Origin: an uncultured Bacteroidota bacterium
GTDB taxonomy: Bacteria > Bacteroidota > Bacteroidia > Bacteroidales > SZUA-534
Assembly: GCA_946404125.1 (NCBI GenBank)
Contig: CAMJCK010000008.1
Span: 17,667-81,666, forward strand
DNA length: 64,000 nt
Direction: 5' to 3'
Every line of letters starts with the position of its first letter. Positions within the stretch are counted from its first letter, which is position 1. Under the pieces are notes generated by a model, which was given only the letters and a program-made list of their open reading frames with translations, was not told the DNA's origin and made no database searches. This document shows, piece by piece, positions 8,908 through 16,998 of the stretch. A program made the position numbers and the translations under genes.

Positions 8908-11340
8908 TCAGGCTGTTTTTGTGCGTTTGTAAACTCCCCAGCCGATGCTTCCAACCACAAACGTAAGCATCAGAATCAGGAACGTCATACTAATCTTGTC
9001 GCCCTTGTAGATGGAGTCGGGGCGGAACTCAAACCTGATTTGGTGCTCGCCGGCCGGAATGTTGAGCGCGCGCAGCACGTAGTTGGCGCGGAAAATCTCG
9101 GCAGGCTGTTCGTCGATGTAGGCTTTCCATCCATACGGGTAGTATATTTCCGAGAAAACAGCCGTTTTTGCCTCGTTTGAAACTGATTGATACTCAAGCT
9201 CGTCGGGTGCATAGCTCGTCAGGCGGATTGATGCGGCCGTGTCGGGCGTGGCGTTGAAGTTCTGCACCAGATTGCTGAATTTTGCATCGGTGACAATGGT
9301 TGCGGGCGATTGGATGTTGTTCAGCGCGTCGCACTCCTCGCGCGGTGTTGAGGCTACAATCAGCGAGTCGGCAAACCAGCAGTTGCCCCAGGCCTCGGGG
9401 TTCAGCATTGGAGTCGCACCATCGTTGGTTTGCTGAATTATATATTTGGTGTTCAGCATATTAAGCACGTTCATATGGCCGCGTGAGATGTGCTCCTCAA
9501 TCAAATCCTGATAGCGGCGCAGTTTGGCTGCGTGGTAGCCGCCAATCGATTTCAGGTAATACGATGTGCGGGCGTCGTTGAAGGTGTTTGTGGTGAGGTT
9601 CAGCACGCGGAAATCGGGGTCTGTATCTCGCAGAATCTGAGTCTCATAGTCGTATTGGTTGAAGTAGCTTTTGCGGTCTTTGTCGTTAACAAAATGGTCG
9701 TTGCCGAAATAGCGCTTGTTCACCGGCCAAAGGTCGATGAGAATCAGTGCGCCGAGAACCACAAGTGTGGCCGTGTTCTTGAGTTTGCCGGCCACAAACA
9801 GCCACAGTGTTGCGAATGCCGCTGCAACAAACAGCAGCGAGCGGAAGGCGTCTGATGTCAGCATTGAGGCTCGCTCGCTCACAATCAGCTTGTTAATCCA
9901 ATCGGGTAACTGTTTGAAAATCTGTGCGTCGTTGGCCGATGTGAAGCTGAACATTGAGCCGCCGAACAGCGCCAGCAGCAGGCAGATGCCGCCAGTTACG
10001 CCGCCCGATATGCACAAGGCCTTTGTAAGTTCCTTACGGTCAATCTTTTTATCGAAAATCTGCTGCAGGGCCATAAATCCGAGAATCGGCATCGTCACTT
10101 CGGCAATGACCAAAATCGATGACACGGCGCGGAACTTGTTATACATTGGGAAATAGTTGAAAAACAACGATGTAAGTCCTTCGAAATGACGGCCCCAGGC
10201 CAGCAGAATCGAGAAGACCGTGGCGGCCAGAAGCGCCCATTTGTAAGGGCTTTTCACGATTATCAGCCCCAGCAGGAACAGGAAGCAGACAATGGCTCCA
10301 ACATAGACGGGACCTTCGGTGAAGGGTTGGTCGCCCCAGTACATCGGCAGGCTTTGGCAGAACTGTTTTGCGTTGTTTTTTGGCACGCCCTGTTTCACCA
10401 TCTCGTTGTAAAGGTCTGATTTTGTGCCGACATTGTAGTGCGACGAGCCGCCGTTGAAATTCGGAACCAGCAGCGTCATTGTCTCGCCAATGCCGTAGCT
10501 CCAGCTTGTCGCGTAGTCGAAATCGAGGCCGGTCTGTGCCTTTCCGCCGCTTTCGTGCAGCTCCGAGTGGCCGCCGCGCATTGTTTCCTTCACGTAGTCG
10601 GCGTTCGATTTAACGTTGCTGTATCCCGTTCCGAGTCCGATGCCGAGCGACACGGCAAAAATGCCGACACCAATCAATAAATCTTTTATTCGATTGTTTT
10701 TCAGATGTATATACAATTCCGCCACACCAAAAACGGCTAGCATCATCATATAATAATAAGCCATCTGCGGGTGCAGAATCATTCCGAAAGCAGTGAAAAC
10801 CATTGTCAGACAGGCGCCTAACAGGTATCGTTTTTTGAAAATATAGACGAATCCGGCAATCACACACGCCATATAGCCGATGGCGTACACTTTGTTGATG
10901 TGCCCGGCCGCGATAATTATCAGAAAATAAGTGGATAGTGTTATCGCTATTGAACCGATTATCGACAGCCATTTGCTCACATCGAAGGCGCGCATCAGAA
11001 TGAAAAAGCCGAAAAGATAGGTGAGGAACCACGCCCAAACCGAGCCGAGGAAGAAGGTGTAAGCCTTGCGTAACTTGCTGATTGTCCTCGATGTAGGCGT
11101 TGAGAACCCGATTTGATAGGTTGGCATTCCGCCAAAGAGCGAGTTGGTCCAATACGATGTGTGGCCGGTGGCTTTCGCGAATTCGCTCACCTCGTGGCCG
11201 GCACAGGCGCCGCTTATCATATCAGTCTGCGACAGCACTTTGCCGTTGAGCGCGGGCCAGCAGTAGGCCATTGTCAGCGCAAAAAACACACCCAGAGCCA
11301 CAATGTATGGCGTAAACTTCTTAAAATCGATTCCCTTCAT
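8908..11340 (-). CDS. YfhO-family polytopic membrane protein (putative glycosyl-transfer related)
   Basis: About 810 aa with more than 10 hydrophobic segments and a large C-terminal extracytoplasmic domain, the layout typical of Bacteroidota YfhO. The start was chosen at MKGIDFKKF (ATG complement at 11338-11340) rather than the upstream ORF extension. Confidence 0.6.
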   Translation of the reverse strand: MKGIDFKKFTPYIVALGVFFALTMAYCWPALNGKVLSQTDMISGACAGHEVSEFAKATGHTSYWTNSLFGGMPTYQIGFSTPTSRTISKLRKAYTFFLGSVWAWFLTYLFGFFILMRAFDVSKWLSIIGSIAITLSTYFLIIIAAGHINKVYAIGYMACVIAGFVYIFKKRYLLGACLTMVFTAFGMILHPQMAYYYMMMLAVFGVAELYIHLKNNRIKDLLIGVGIFAVSLGIGLGTGYSNVKSNADYVKETMRGGHSELHESGGKAQTGLDFDYATSWSYGIGETMTLLVPNFNGGSSHYNVGTKSDLYNEMVKQGVPKNNAKQFCQSLPMYWGDQPFTEGPVYVGAIVCFLFLLGLIIVKSPYKWALLAATVFSILLAWGRHFEGLTSLFFNYFPMYNKFRAVSSILVIAEVTMPILGFMALQQIFDKKIDRKELTKALCISGGVTGGICLLLALFGGSMFSFTSANDAQIFKQLPDWINKLIVSERASMLTSDAFRSLLFVAAAFATLWLFVAGKLKNTATLVVLGALILIDLWPVNKRYFGNDHFVNDKDRKSYFNQYDYETQILRDTDPDFRVLNLTTNTFNDARTSYYLKSIGGYHAAKLRRYQDLIEEHISRGHMNVLNMLNTKYIIQQTNDGATPMLNPEAWGNCWFADSLIVASTPREECDALNNIQSPATIVTDAKFSNLVQNFNATPDTAASIRLTSYAPDELEYQSVSNEAKTAVFSEIYYPYGWKAYIDEQPAEIFRANYVLRALNIPAGEHQIRFEFRPDSIYKGDKISMTFLILMLTFVVGSIGWGVYKRTKTA

Positions 11341-11469
11341 AATTATTTGTGTTATTGATATTTGCAATATTTGATTCCGGCTGGCGGAATGTTGCGAAAG
11401 TAGGTAAAAAAACAATGTGAAAACTGCCGAACCTGATAATTGGCAATTGTTTGCGCAATCACCCGGCGA

Positions 11470-11943
11470 TTATGCCCGTTCCTCCAATTTGAACCGCAGC
11501 CGCCAGCGTTTTGTGTCAGCGTCCCAGTCGTGGCTGATGATTTTGAAGCGGCCGATTTCCGCCGTGTTGCCCACGTGCAGCCCGATGCAAAGGCACTCGT
11601 CGTAGTCGCCGACTTTCACCACACGCACCGTTTCCGACGCATCGTCGGGCAGGCGGCTCAGGTCGAAGCGCGATTGGGCTTCGGCCTGCGTAATGAACTC
11701 GGTTGTGACGTCCAGATGGCTGTCAATCACACGGTTGACTTCCGTTTCGAGTGCCGCCACTTCGCTGTCAGTCGGGCAGTGGTCGAGCCGGTAGTCGAGC
11801 TTGCTTTTTTTGCGCTCGATGTGCGCTTCAAACGCCCGCCCGCAGCCGAAAAGGTTAATCATTGCGCGGTTCACAATGTGTTCGGTGGTGTGCATCGGCG
11901 GAAACTCTTCCTTGTTGTGCGCGTTAAGGGTTATGTCGTTCAT
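11470..11943 (-). CDS. AlaX-like tRNA editing domain protein (tRNA_SAD, Ser/Gly-tRNA(Ala) deacylase type)
   Basis: The zinc-binding motifs HTTEH (HxxxH) and CIGLH (CxxxH) are spaced as in the alanyl/threonyl-tRNA synthetase second additional domain. Confidence 0.7.
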   Translation of the reverse strand: MNDITLNAHNKEEFPPMHTTEHIVNRAMINLFGCGRAFEAHIERKKSKLDYRLDHCPTDSEVAALETEVNRVIDSHLDVTTEFITQAEAQSRFDLSRLPDDASETVRVVKVGDYDECLCIGLHVGNTAEIGRFKIISHDWDADTKRWRLRFKLEERA

Positions 11944-11965
11944 ATTTAATTTGTTATGTCTTGTT

Positions 11966-13216
11966 TTACAATAAAATCCACTTCCAAACGGGGACCACAT
12001 CAATAGTCAATTCGCCAACGGTTATTTGTTCTTCGGTGTTTTTGGTGATAATCAGCGCTTTATTGAGTTTCTCGGTTTCGCTCAGTTTCACAAGAGCGTT
12101 CACTTCGCGCTTTCTTGTGGTCTCATCGTCAATGTCGTACGCCGCTTGAATGCCTAATTTCTCGTCGGGTACAAAAAAATCGACTTCGGAGTTTTGCTTG
12201 TAGTAGAAAAGGCCGTCGCCATATTTTTTGTGCAGAAAAACGGCGCAAATGTTTTCCAACAGCAGATTTTCGGAGTCCATCAAGAACAGATTCAGTATGC
12301 CGTTATCGATAAAGTAGTGTTTTTTAGTGGTTTGCCGGTCAACAAACTTGTCGGCGTGGTTCTCGATTGAAAAAATCAGACAAGAATCGTGAAGATATTG
12401 TATGAAATTGGAAACTGTTGACGCATTGATACTTATGCCGGTTGATTTGATAAGGTTCGCCAGCCGGTTGAACGATGTCGGTTGCATAACGCACGCCGCC
12501 AGCCTTTTGACGGCCATCCGTAGCGCATCTTCGCTGCGAATGCCGTTTCTGACAACAATATCGTTGAAAAATATTTTGTTGTAAATGCCTGTCAACCATT
12601 GCCTTTTGGCTTTTATACCTATTAGTTCCGGAAAACCGCCGAAGTAGAAATAATCTTCAAAAAGCCTTGCCACGTCGTTCTGCTTTTTCGAGAACTGCCA
12701 GTTCTTTTCAAGTTTGACATTTTTGGCAATCAGATATTCCTTGAATGAGAATGGGTAAACCATTATGTCCCAATATCTTCCGCCCAAAGTTGTTTGTATG
12801 TCGCGACTCAGCATTTTTGCATTGCTGCCGGTGATGTAAACCGTATATTTTTCGTTTGCAAGGCGGCGGGCGAAGTGTTCCCAACCTGTTATGTTTTGAA
12901 TTTCGTCGAGGAAAAGAATTGGTTCTAAGTCGGTTAACAGTCTGTGCGCCTGTAGAATAATGTCGAGTTCAGACGATTTTATTTCGTTTATGCGCTCATC
13001 GTCAAAATTGATATAAACAATTTGCTCTATGCTAACTCCTTCGCTGATAAGTTGTTGCGCACGTTGAATAAGCATATACGATTTCCCGGCCTGCCTCACG
13101 CCCACAAAAACATAGCACCCATTGTCTTCAATGGCCAAATTGCGCTTTATAAGCTCAACTGATAGTATATATTGTTGGTTTTCAACAATTACGTTCCTTA
13201 TCAATTCCTTATTCAT
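11966..13216 (-). CDS. AAA+ ATPase with C-terminal DUF4143-type domain (COG1373-like)
   Basis: Walker A GVRQAGKSYML and Walker B ILFLDEIQ. The length and C-terminal region are typical of the AAA_14/DUF4143 architecture. Start chosen at MNKELIRN (13214-13216). Confidence 0.75.
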   Translation of the reverse strand: MNKELIRNVIVENQQYILSVELIKRNLAIEDNGCYVFVGVRQAGKSYMLIQRAQQLISEGVSIEQIVYINFDDERINEIKSSELDIILQAHRLLTDLEPILFLDEIQNITGWEHFARRLANEKYTVYITGSNAKMLSRDIQTTLGGRYWDIMVYPFSFKEYLIAKNVKLEKNWQFSKKQNDVARLFEDYFYFGGFPELIGIKAKRQWLTGIYNKIFFNDIVVRNGIRSEDALRMAVKRLAACVMQPTSFNRLANLIKSTGISINASTVSNFIQYLHDSCLIFSIENHADKFVDRQTTKKHYFIDNGILNLFLMDSENLLLENICAVFLHKKYGDGLFYYKQNSEVDFFVPDEKLGIQAAYDIDDETTRKREVNALVKLSETEKLNKALIITKNTEEQITVGELTIDVVPVWKWILL

Positions 13217-13246
13217 ACAAGTTTGTTTTCCACAAAAATACAAAAG

Positions 13247-13330
13247 TTTCTTATATGCAAGATACTTTTGTTGCGATTTTATCTTGTATGTAAGATATTT
13301 TTGACATAGTTTTATCTTTTATGCAAGATA
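13247..13330. promoter_or_regulatory. Three phased operator-like palindromes TATCTT-N6-AAGATA at exactly 33-bp spacing
   Basis: Copies are TTTCTTatatgcAAGATA (13247-13264), TATCTTgtatgtAAGATA (13280-13297) and TATCTTttatgcAAGATA (13313-13330). They lie upstream of the minus-strand ATPase gene, whose -7 box is at 13233-13240. Confidence 0.6.
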
Positions 13331-13346
13331 TTAATTCAATCCTTCA

Positions 13347-13364
13347 TCCCGATAGCTATCGGGA
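13347..13364. repeat. REP-like 18-bp palindrome TCCCGATAGCTATCGGGA (copy 1)
   Basis: A perfect palindrome, bracketed by an 11-bp direct repeat ATTCAATCCTT (13334-13344 and 13373-13383). The right copy overlaps the MBL gene stop codon. Confidence 0.7.
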
Positions 13365-13370
13365 CTTCAA

Positions 13371-14135
13371 TCATTCAATCCTTATCTTCAGTCCATCGTA
13401 AGCAGGCAGAACATTGTCGGGCAGAATCTTTATAAGTTCGTCATACACAGGTATTTTGTGACTGATGTGCGTCAAGTAGGCGCGGCGCGGTTTGAGTTTG
13501 CCGATGATGTCGAGCGCTTCGCCAAGACTCAAGTGCGCGGGGTGCTGCTCAATACGCAAAGCATTGATAACCAGGGTGTCAAGACCTTGCAGTTTGGCCA
13601 TCTCGCTGTCGGCGATGGTTTTGGCGTCGGTGATGTAGGCGAACTGCCCGATGCGGAAGCCCGTGGTGGGCAGCGTGCCGTGCAGAACGTTTATCGGTGT
13701 AACCGTAATACCTTGAACATCAAACGGTTCGTTGCCAATCGGATGAAGTTCAATCTGCGGTGCGCCAGGGTAATGCGGCTCGCTGAAGGCGTAGGCGTAC
13801 TCGCGGCGGATGGTGTCGGTGACGCGCTGTTGGGCATAGAACGGAATGGCGCGGCGCATTATGTAATTGAAGGTTCGTATGTCGTCGATGCCAGCGGTGT
13901 GGTCTTTGTGCTCGTGGGTTATTAGCACGGCGTCAATCTGCGTAAAGCCTTCGCGCAGAGCCGATTGCCGCAGGTCGGGCCCAGGGTCGATGAGCAGATG
14001 GCGCCCTTCAGTTTCAATGTAAACCGAACTGCGCAGCCGCTTGTCTTTCGGGTTAACCGACTGACACACTGCACATTTACAGCCCACAATTGGTATCCCG
14101 TGCGACGCCCCCGTGCCTAAAAAAGTTACGTTCAT
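13371..14135 (-). CDS. MBL-fold metallo-hydrolase (PhnP-like)
   Basis: HEHKDHTAGIDD (HxHxDH) motif. An N-terminal Cys cluster CKCAVC is also typical of this subgroup. Confidence 0.8.
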   Translation of the reverse strand: MNVTFLGTGASHGIPIVGCKCAVCQSVNPKDKRLRSSVYIETEGRHLLIDPGPDLRQSALREGFTQIDAVLITHEHKDHTAGIDDIRTFNYIMRRAIPFYAQQRVTDTIRREYAYAFSEPHYPGAPQIELHPIGNEPFDVQGITVTPINVLHGTLPTTGFRIGQFAYITDAKTIADSEMAKLQGLDTLVINALRIEQHPAHLSLGEALDIIGKLKPRRAYLTHISHKIPVYDELIKILPDNVLPAYDGLKIRIE

Positions 14136-14231
14136 TTCAGTCTGAAATTGTGCGCTAATGTAGTTTCAATATTGCAAACGGCGGCTCGGGCGGCAAAAAG
14201 TTTTTCTCGCACGAGCGAAATCCGTTGCTAA

Positions 14232-15521
14232 TCAATTCTTCAGGCAGGCGAGCGGAACCACATACACGCCGTCGGCTCGGCGGTAGCCGTACATTCCGCC
14301 TGTCAGAATCAGAAGCAAGTCGGGCTCGTGTATCTTGTTCTGTTTCTCGGTTTTATTATGTTCCACAATCAGTCGTTTCAGTTCCAGCAGATGCTTTGCG
14401 GCCAGTTCAATCTCGCCACTTCCCAACTTGCACTCAATGAGCGCGTAACGGCCGTCGTTAAGATGCAGAACCACATCGGCTTCAAGGCCGTAGCGGTCGT
14501 GATAGTAGCCAACGTGCGTGTCGATGTCCGAAGTGTAGGCTTTCAGGTCGCGAATGCACAACTGCTCGAACATAAACCCGAACGTTTTGAGTTGCGTGGT
14601 GAACGAACTCGGCGTCATTTGCAGGGCCGCCACGGCGATGCTTGGGTCGCAGAAAGACCGCTTTGGTGTGTTGCGGATGGCATCTTTGCTGCGCACGGCG
14701 GGGCACCACGCGCCAATGTCCTGAATGATAAACAGTTTCTCGAATGCTTTGACATACGAAGTGAAGGTGTCCATTGAGCAGTCAATCTCTTCGGAAGCCG
14801 AAACATCGGCCAGCAAGGTTGTTTTCTTTGCCAGAGTTGAGATGTTGCGGGCATACGAGCGCAGAATCATCCGAGCCAGTTTCTCGTCGCGCGAGACACC
14901 GTCAACCCTGCTCACATCTTCTTTGCAGGCGGTGCGGAAATAGTTTTTCGCCACCATAAGTTTCGATTTGTCGTCGCGCAGCCGCAGTGACGCGGGCCAG
15001 CCGCCACGGCAGGTTATGAAGATAAGTTGGTCAATATCAACGTCGGAAACCGCTTCGATGTTCATTTGCGGATTGTCGAAAAGGTCTTTCAGACTGATTT
15101 CGCCATTCGACTCTTTCGATTCCCACAGGCTCATCGGCAGCATTTCCATCTGCGATATGCGTCCATTTCCAGAGTGCAGCGTCTGCGATTTGTCTACGGT
15201 GTTCGACCCAGTCAATATGAATTGGCCTTCCAGCCCGCGACTGTCAACCGTAGAGCGCACGGCGTCCCACAAGGCGGGAATGTCCTGCCATTCGTCAATC
15301 AGACGTGGCGTGGCGCCCCGTAGCAGAAGCGCGGGGTTGGTTGCGGCAGTGGCAATGTACTGCGCTCTCATTTCGGTGTCTTGCAATTTGATGACGCTTG
15401 CCGCGATGTGTTCGGCCGATGTGGTTTTTCCGCACCATTTCGGACCTTCAATCAGCACTGCACCAAAGGCGTTTAGTCGTTCTTGTATTTGGCTGTCGGC
15501 CATACGCTCTAGGTATTCCAT
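14232..15521 (-). CDS. AAA+ ATPase with C-terminal DUF4143-type domain (second paralogue)
   Basis: Walker A GPKWCGKTT and Walker B LIDEWQ. The architecture matches 11966-13216 but the sequence is divergent. Start at MEYLERM (15519-15521), with a TATATTTG box on the minus strand at 15546-15553. Confidence 0.75.
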   Translation of the reverse strand: MEYLERMADSQIQERLNAFGAVLIEGPKWCGKTTSAEHIAASVIKLQDTEMRAQYIATAATNPALLLRGATPRLIDEWQDIPALWDAVRSTVDSRGLEGQFILTGSNTVDKSQTLHSGNGRISQMEMLPMSLWESKESNGEISLKDLFDNPQMNIEAVSDVDIDQLIFITCRGGWPASLRLRDDKSKLMVAKNYFRTACKEDVSRVDGVSRDEKLARMILRSYARNISTLAKKTTLLADVSASEEIDCSMDTFTSYVKAFEKLFIIQDIGAWCPAVRSKDAIRNTPKRSFCDPSIAVAALQMTPSSFTTQLKTFGFMFEQLCIRDLKAYTSDIDTHVGYYHDRYGLEADVVLHLNDGRYALIECKLGSGEIELAAKHLLELKRLIVEHNKTEKQNKIHEPDLLLILTGGMYGYRRADGVYVVPLACLKN

Positions 15522-15580
15522 AATATTGTATTTATATTTAGGCTGCAAATATATGAATAATAATTTAATATCCCATTTTT

Positions 15581-15695
15581 ATTCGGTGTTTTCGTGGTAA
15601 TTCATTCGGTGTTTTCGCGGTAATTTGTTCGGTGTTTTTGTGGTAATTCATTCGTCGTTTTCGTGGTAATTCATTCGGTGTTTTTGTGATGAATT
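15581..15695. repeat. Five tandem copies of a 23-bp unit ATTCGGTGTTTTCGTGGTAATTC
   Basis: The units are 15581-15603, 15604-15626, 15627-15649, 15650-15672 and 15673-15695. Copies 2-4 differ from the first unit by 1-3 substitutions and the fifth is more degenerate. The array lies directly upstream of the -7 box of the minus-strand ATPase gene 14232-15521. Confidence 0.85.
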
Positions 15696-15820
15696 TGCCG
15701 ATGCCGAATGGTGTGATTAAAGTGGCTTTTTCCGCTGAAATAATTGCGCCATTGTACTCTCAAAATGCAATACGCGGTGCAAATCTGAAAACTTTTCTAT
15801 TTTAGCATTGAAATATTTGA

Positions 15821-15850
15821 AACAATGAAAGGCAATCTTTACCTGATACC
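15821..15850 (+). repeat. Left copy of a perfect 30-bp direct repeat AACAATGAAAGGCAATCTTTACCTGATACC
   Basis: Identical to 16969-16998. Here the embedded ATG opens only MKGNLYLIP followed by a stop. Confidence 0.9.
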
Positions 15851-15962
15851 ATAATTCTGTTCCCAATGCAATAATGGAAATATTGGTAAAATGATAGTAA
15901 TTTGGGCGATAATAACAAATGGACTTGGTCTGATTTAATAACAAATAAAATAGTAATAAAGT

Positions 15963-16823
15963 ATGCGGAATTTTATAGTACAAACGATTAGTACAGTTGC
16001 GGTTGCACTTACCGCAAATCTAACTATGGCACAAAACTCAACTGAAACATTTTCATTTAAAGAGTTTGCTGATTTGTTTAAAAATACAATAAGCCTTCCT
16101 AATAATTCGGAAGAATTATTAAATGTGGATTATTCAAAATGTCCTGTAATTGATTGCGAATTATACAATTTCATTGTTATAAAGAATCAAAAAGAAAGAG
16201 CCAAAAGAAGGACAATTAAAGGTGAGGATTTTAGAATTACAAAATATGGTCTTGCCGATTGTGAAGGTATGACAGTTAATGATGAATTGTTTTTTGAAAA
16301 GACATACGCTCTCGGTCAGATAGAAAACAAAAAATATAAAATCTTCATTGCACGAATAGAAAGCGTTATGAATACATTTATTGACTTATATGTATTTGAC
16401 ACGGAAGGAAGAATAATATCATTTCTTGATTTGTATGAGGATGAAAGATATATTAAGGGTGACAAAAGATTCGTTGATAGTGTATTCATAAAATCAAAAA
16501 TTACAGATAATGGGGGCATTAATTGTGAAGAAAACCGATACTCTGTGAATGTAAAAATTGATTATTATTTGCAAGATGATGGCATATTAAAAGAAATGGC
16601 TATAACTAAAATTGGGCAACATATGATTGTTGACAAAGACGGATATGTAAATGTAAGAGAGCGTCCCGATGGCAAATCAAAAATTTTATACACGATTGAA
16701 AGCGGTTCAATCATTAAATCACGTGCAGAAAATGGTTCTAAGTGGGAAGAAGTAATTAACGTTGAAGGGAGCGATAAAAAAGGCGGATATATTCATTCAA
16801 GTAGGCTTGCAAATTATTGGTAA
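15963..16823 (+). CDS. Secreted hypothetical protein with C-terminal bacterial SH3-like domain
   Basis: Signal peptide MRNFIVQTISTVAVALTANLTMAQ. The C-terminal GYVNVRERPDGKSKILYTIESGSII...WEEV....GGYIHSSRL resembles SH3_3/SH3b. The gene is strongly AT-rich and lies between 30-bp direct repeats. Confidence 0.6.
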   Translation: MRNFIVQTISTVAVALTANLTMAQNSTETFSFKEFADLFKNTISLPNNSEELLNVDYSKCPVIDCELYNFIVIKNQKERAKRRTIKGEDFRITKYGLADCEGMTVNDELFFEKTYALGQIENKKYKIFIARIESVMNTFIDLYVFDTEGRIISFLDLYEDERYIKGDKRFVDSVFIKSKITDNGGINCEENRYSVNVKIDYYLQDDGILKEMAITKIGQHMIVDKDGYVNVRERPDGKSKILYTIESGSIIKSRAENGSKWEEVINVEGSDKKGGYIHSSRLANYW

Positions 16824-16882
16824 AAATGGCCTAATCACATAAATGTTTTTTCCTTAGCAAAATAAATCTGTGTAATCAGTGT

Positions 16883-16900
16883 CCCCGATAACTATCGGGG
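16883..16900. repeat. REP-like palindrome CCCCGATAACTATCGGGG (copy 2) within a ~50-bp conserved element
   Basis: It shares flanks with copy 3: AATAAATCTGTGTAATCAGTGT on the left and CTGTGCGA on the right. Confidence 0.7.
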
Positions 16901-16968
16901 CTGTGCGAGAAAAACAGCATTCACCCCCCTTACAATAATTTGCTAACTTTGTCCGAAAGCAAATCAAC

Positions 16969-16998
16969 AACAATGAAAGGCAATCTTTACCTGATACC
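16969..16998 (+). repeat. Right copy of the perfect 30-bp direct repeat (contains the real start codon of the methyltransferase gene)
   Basis: Identical to 15821-15850 and 1148 bp downstream of it. The intervening DNA is AT-rich and carries the SH3-domain gene. Confidence 0.9.

Noticed and set aside
15581-15695. Possible CRISPR array.
   Set aside because: The 23-bp units are directly adjacent with no spacers, the unit is shorter than CRISPR repeats, and no cas genes are present in the window.
15717-15983. An 88-aa minus-strand ORF in the AT-rich cassette.
   Set aside because: It overlaps the 30-bp direct repeat and the start of the SH3-domain gene. It has no recognisable motif or signal. 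AT-rich DNA generates such ORFs by chance.
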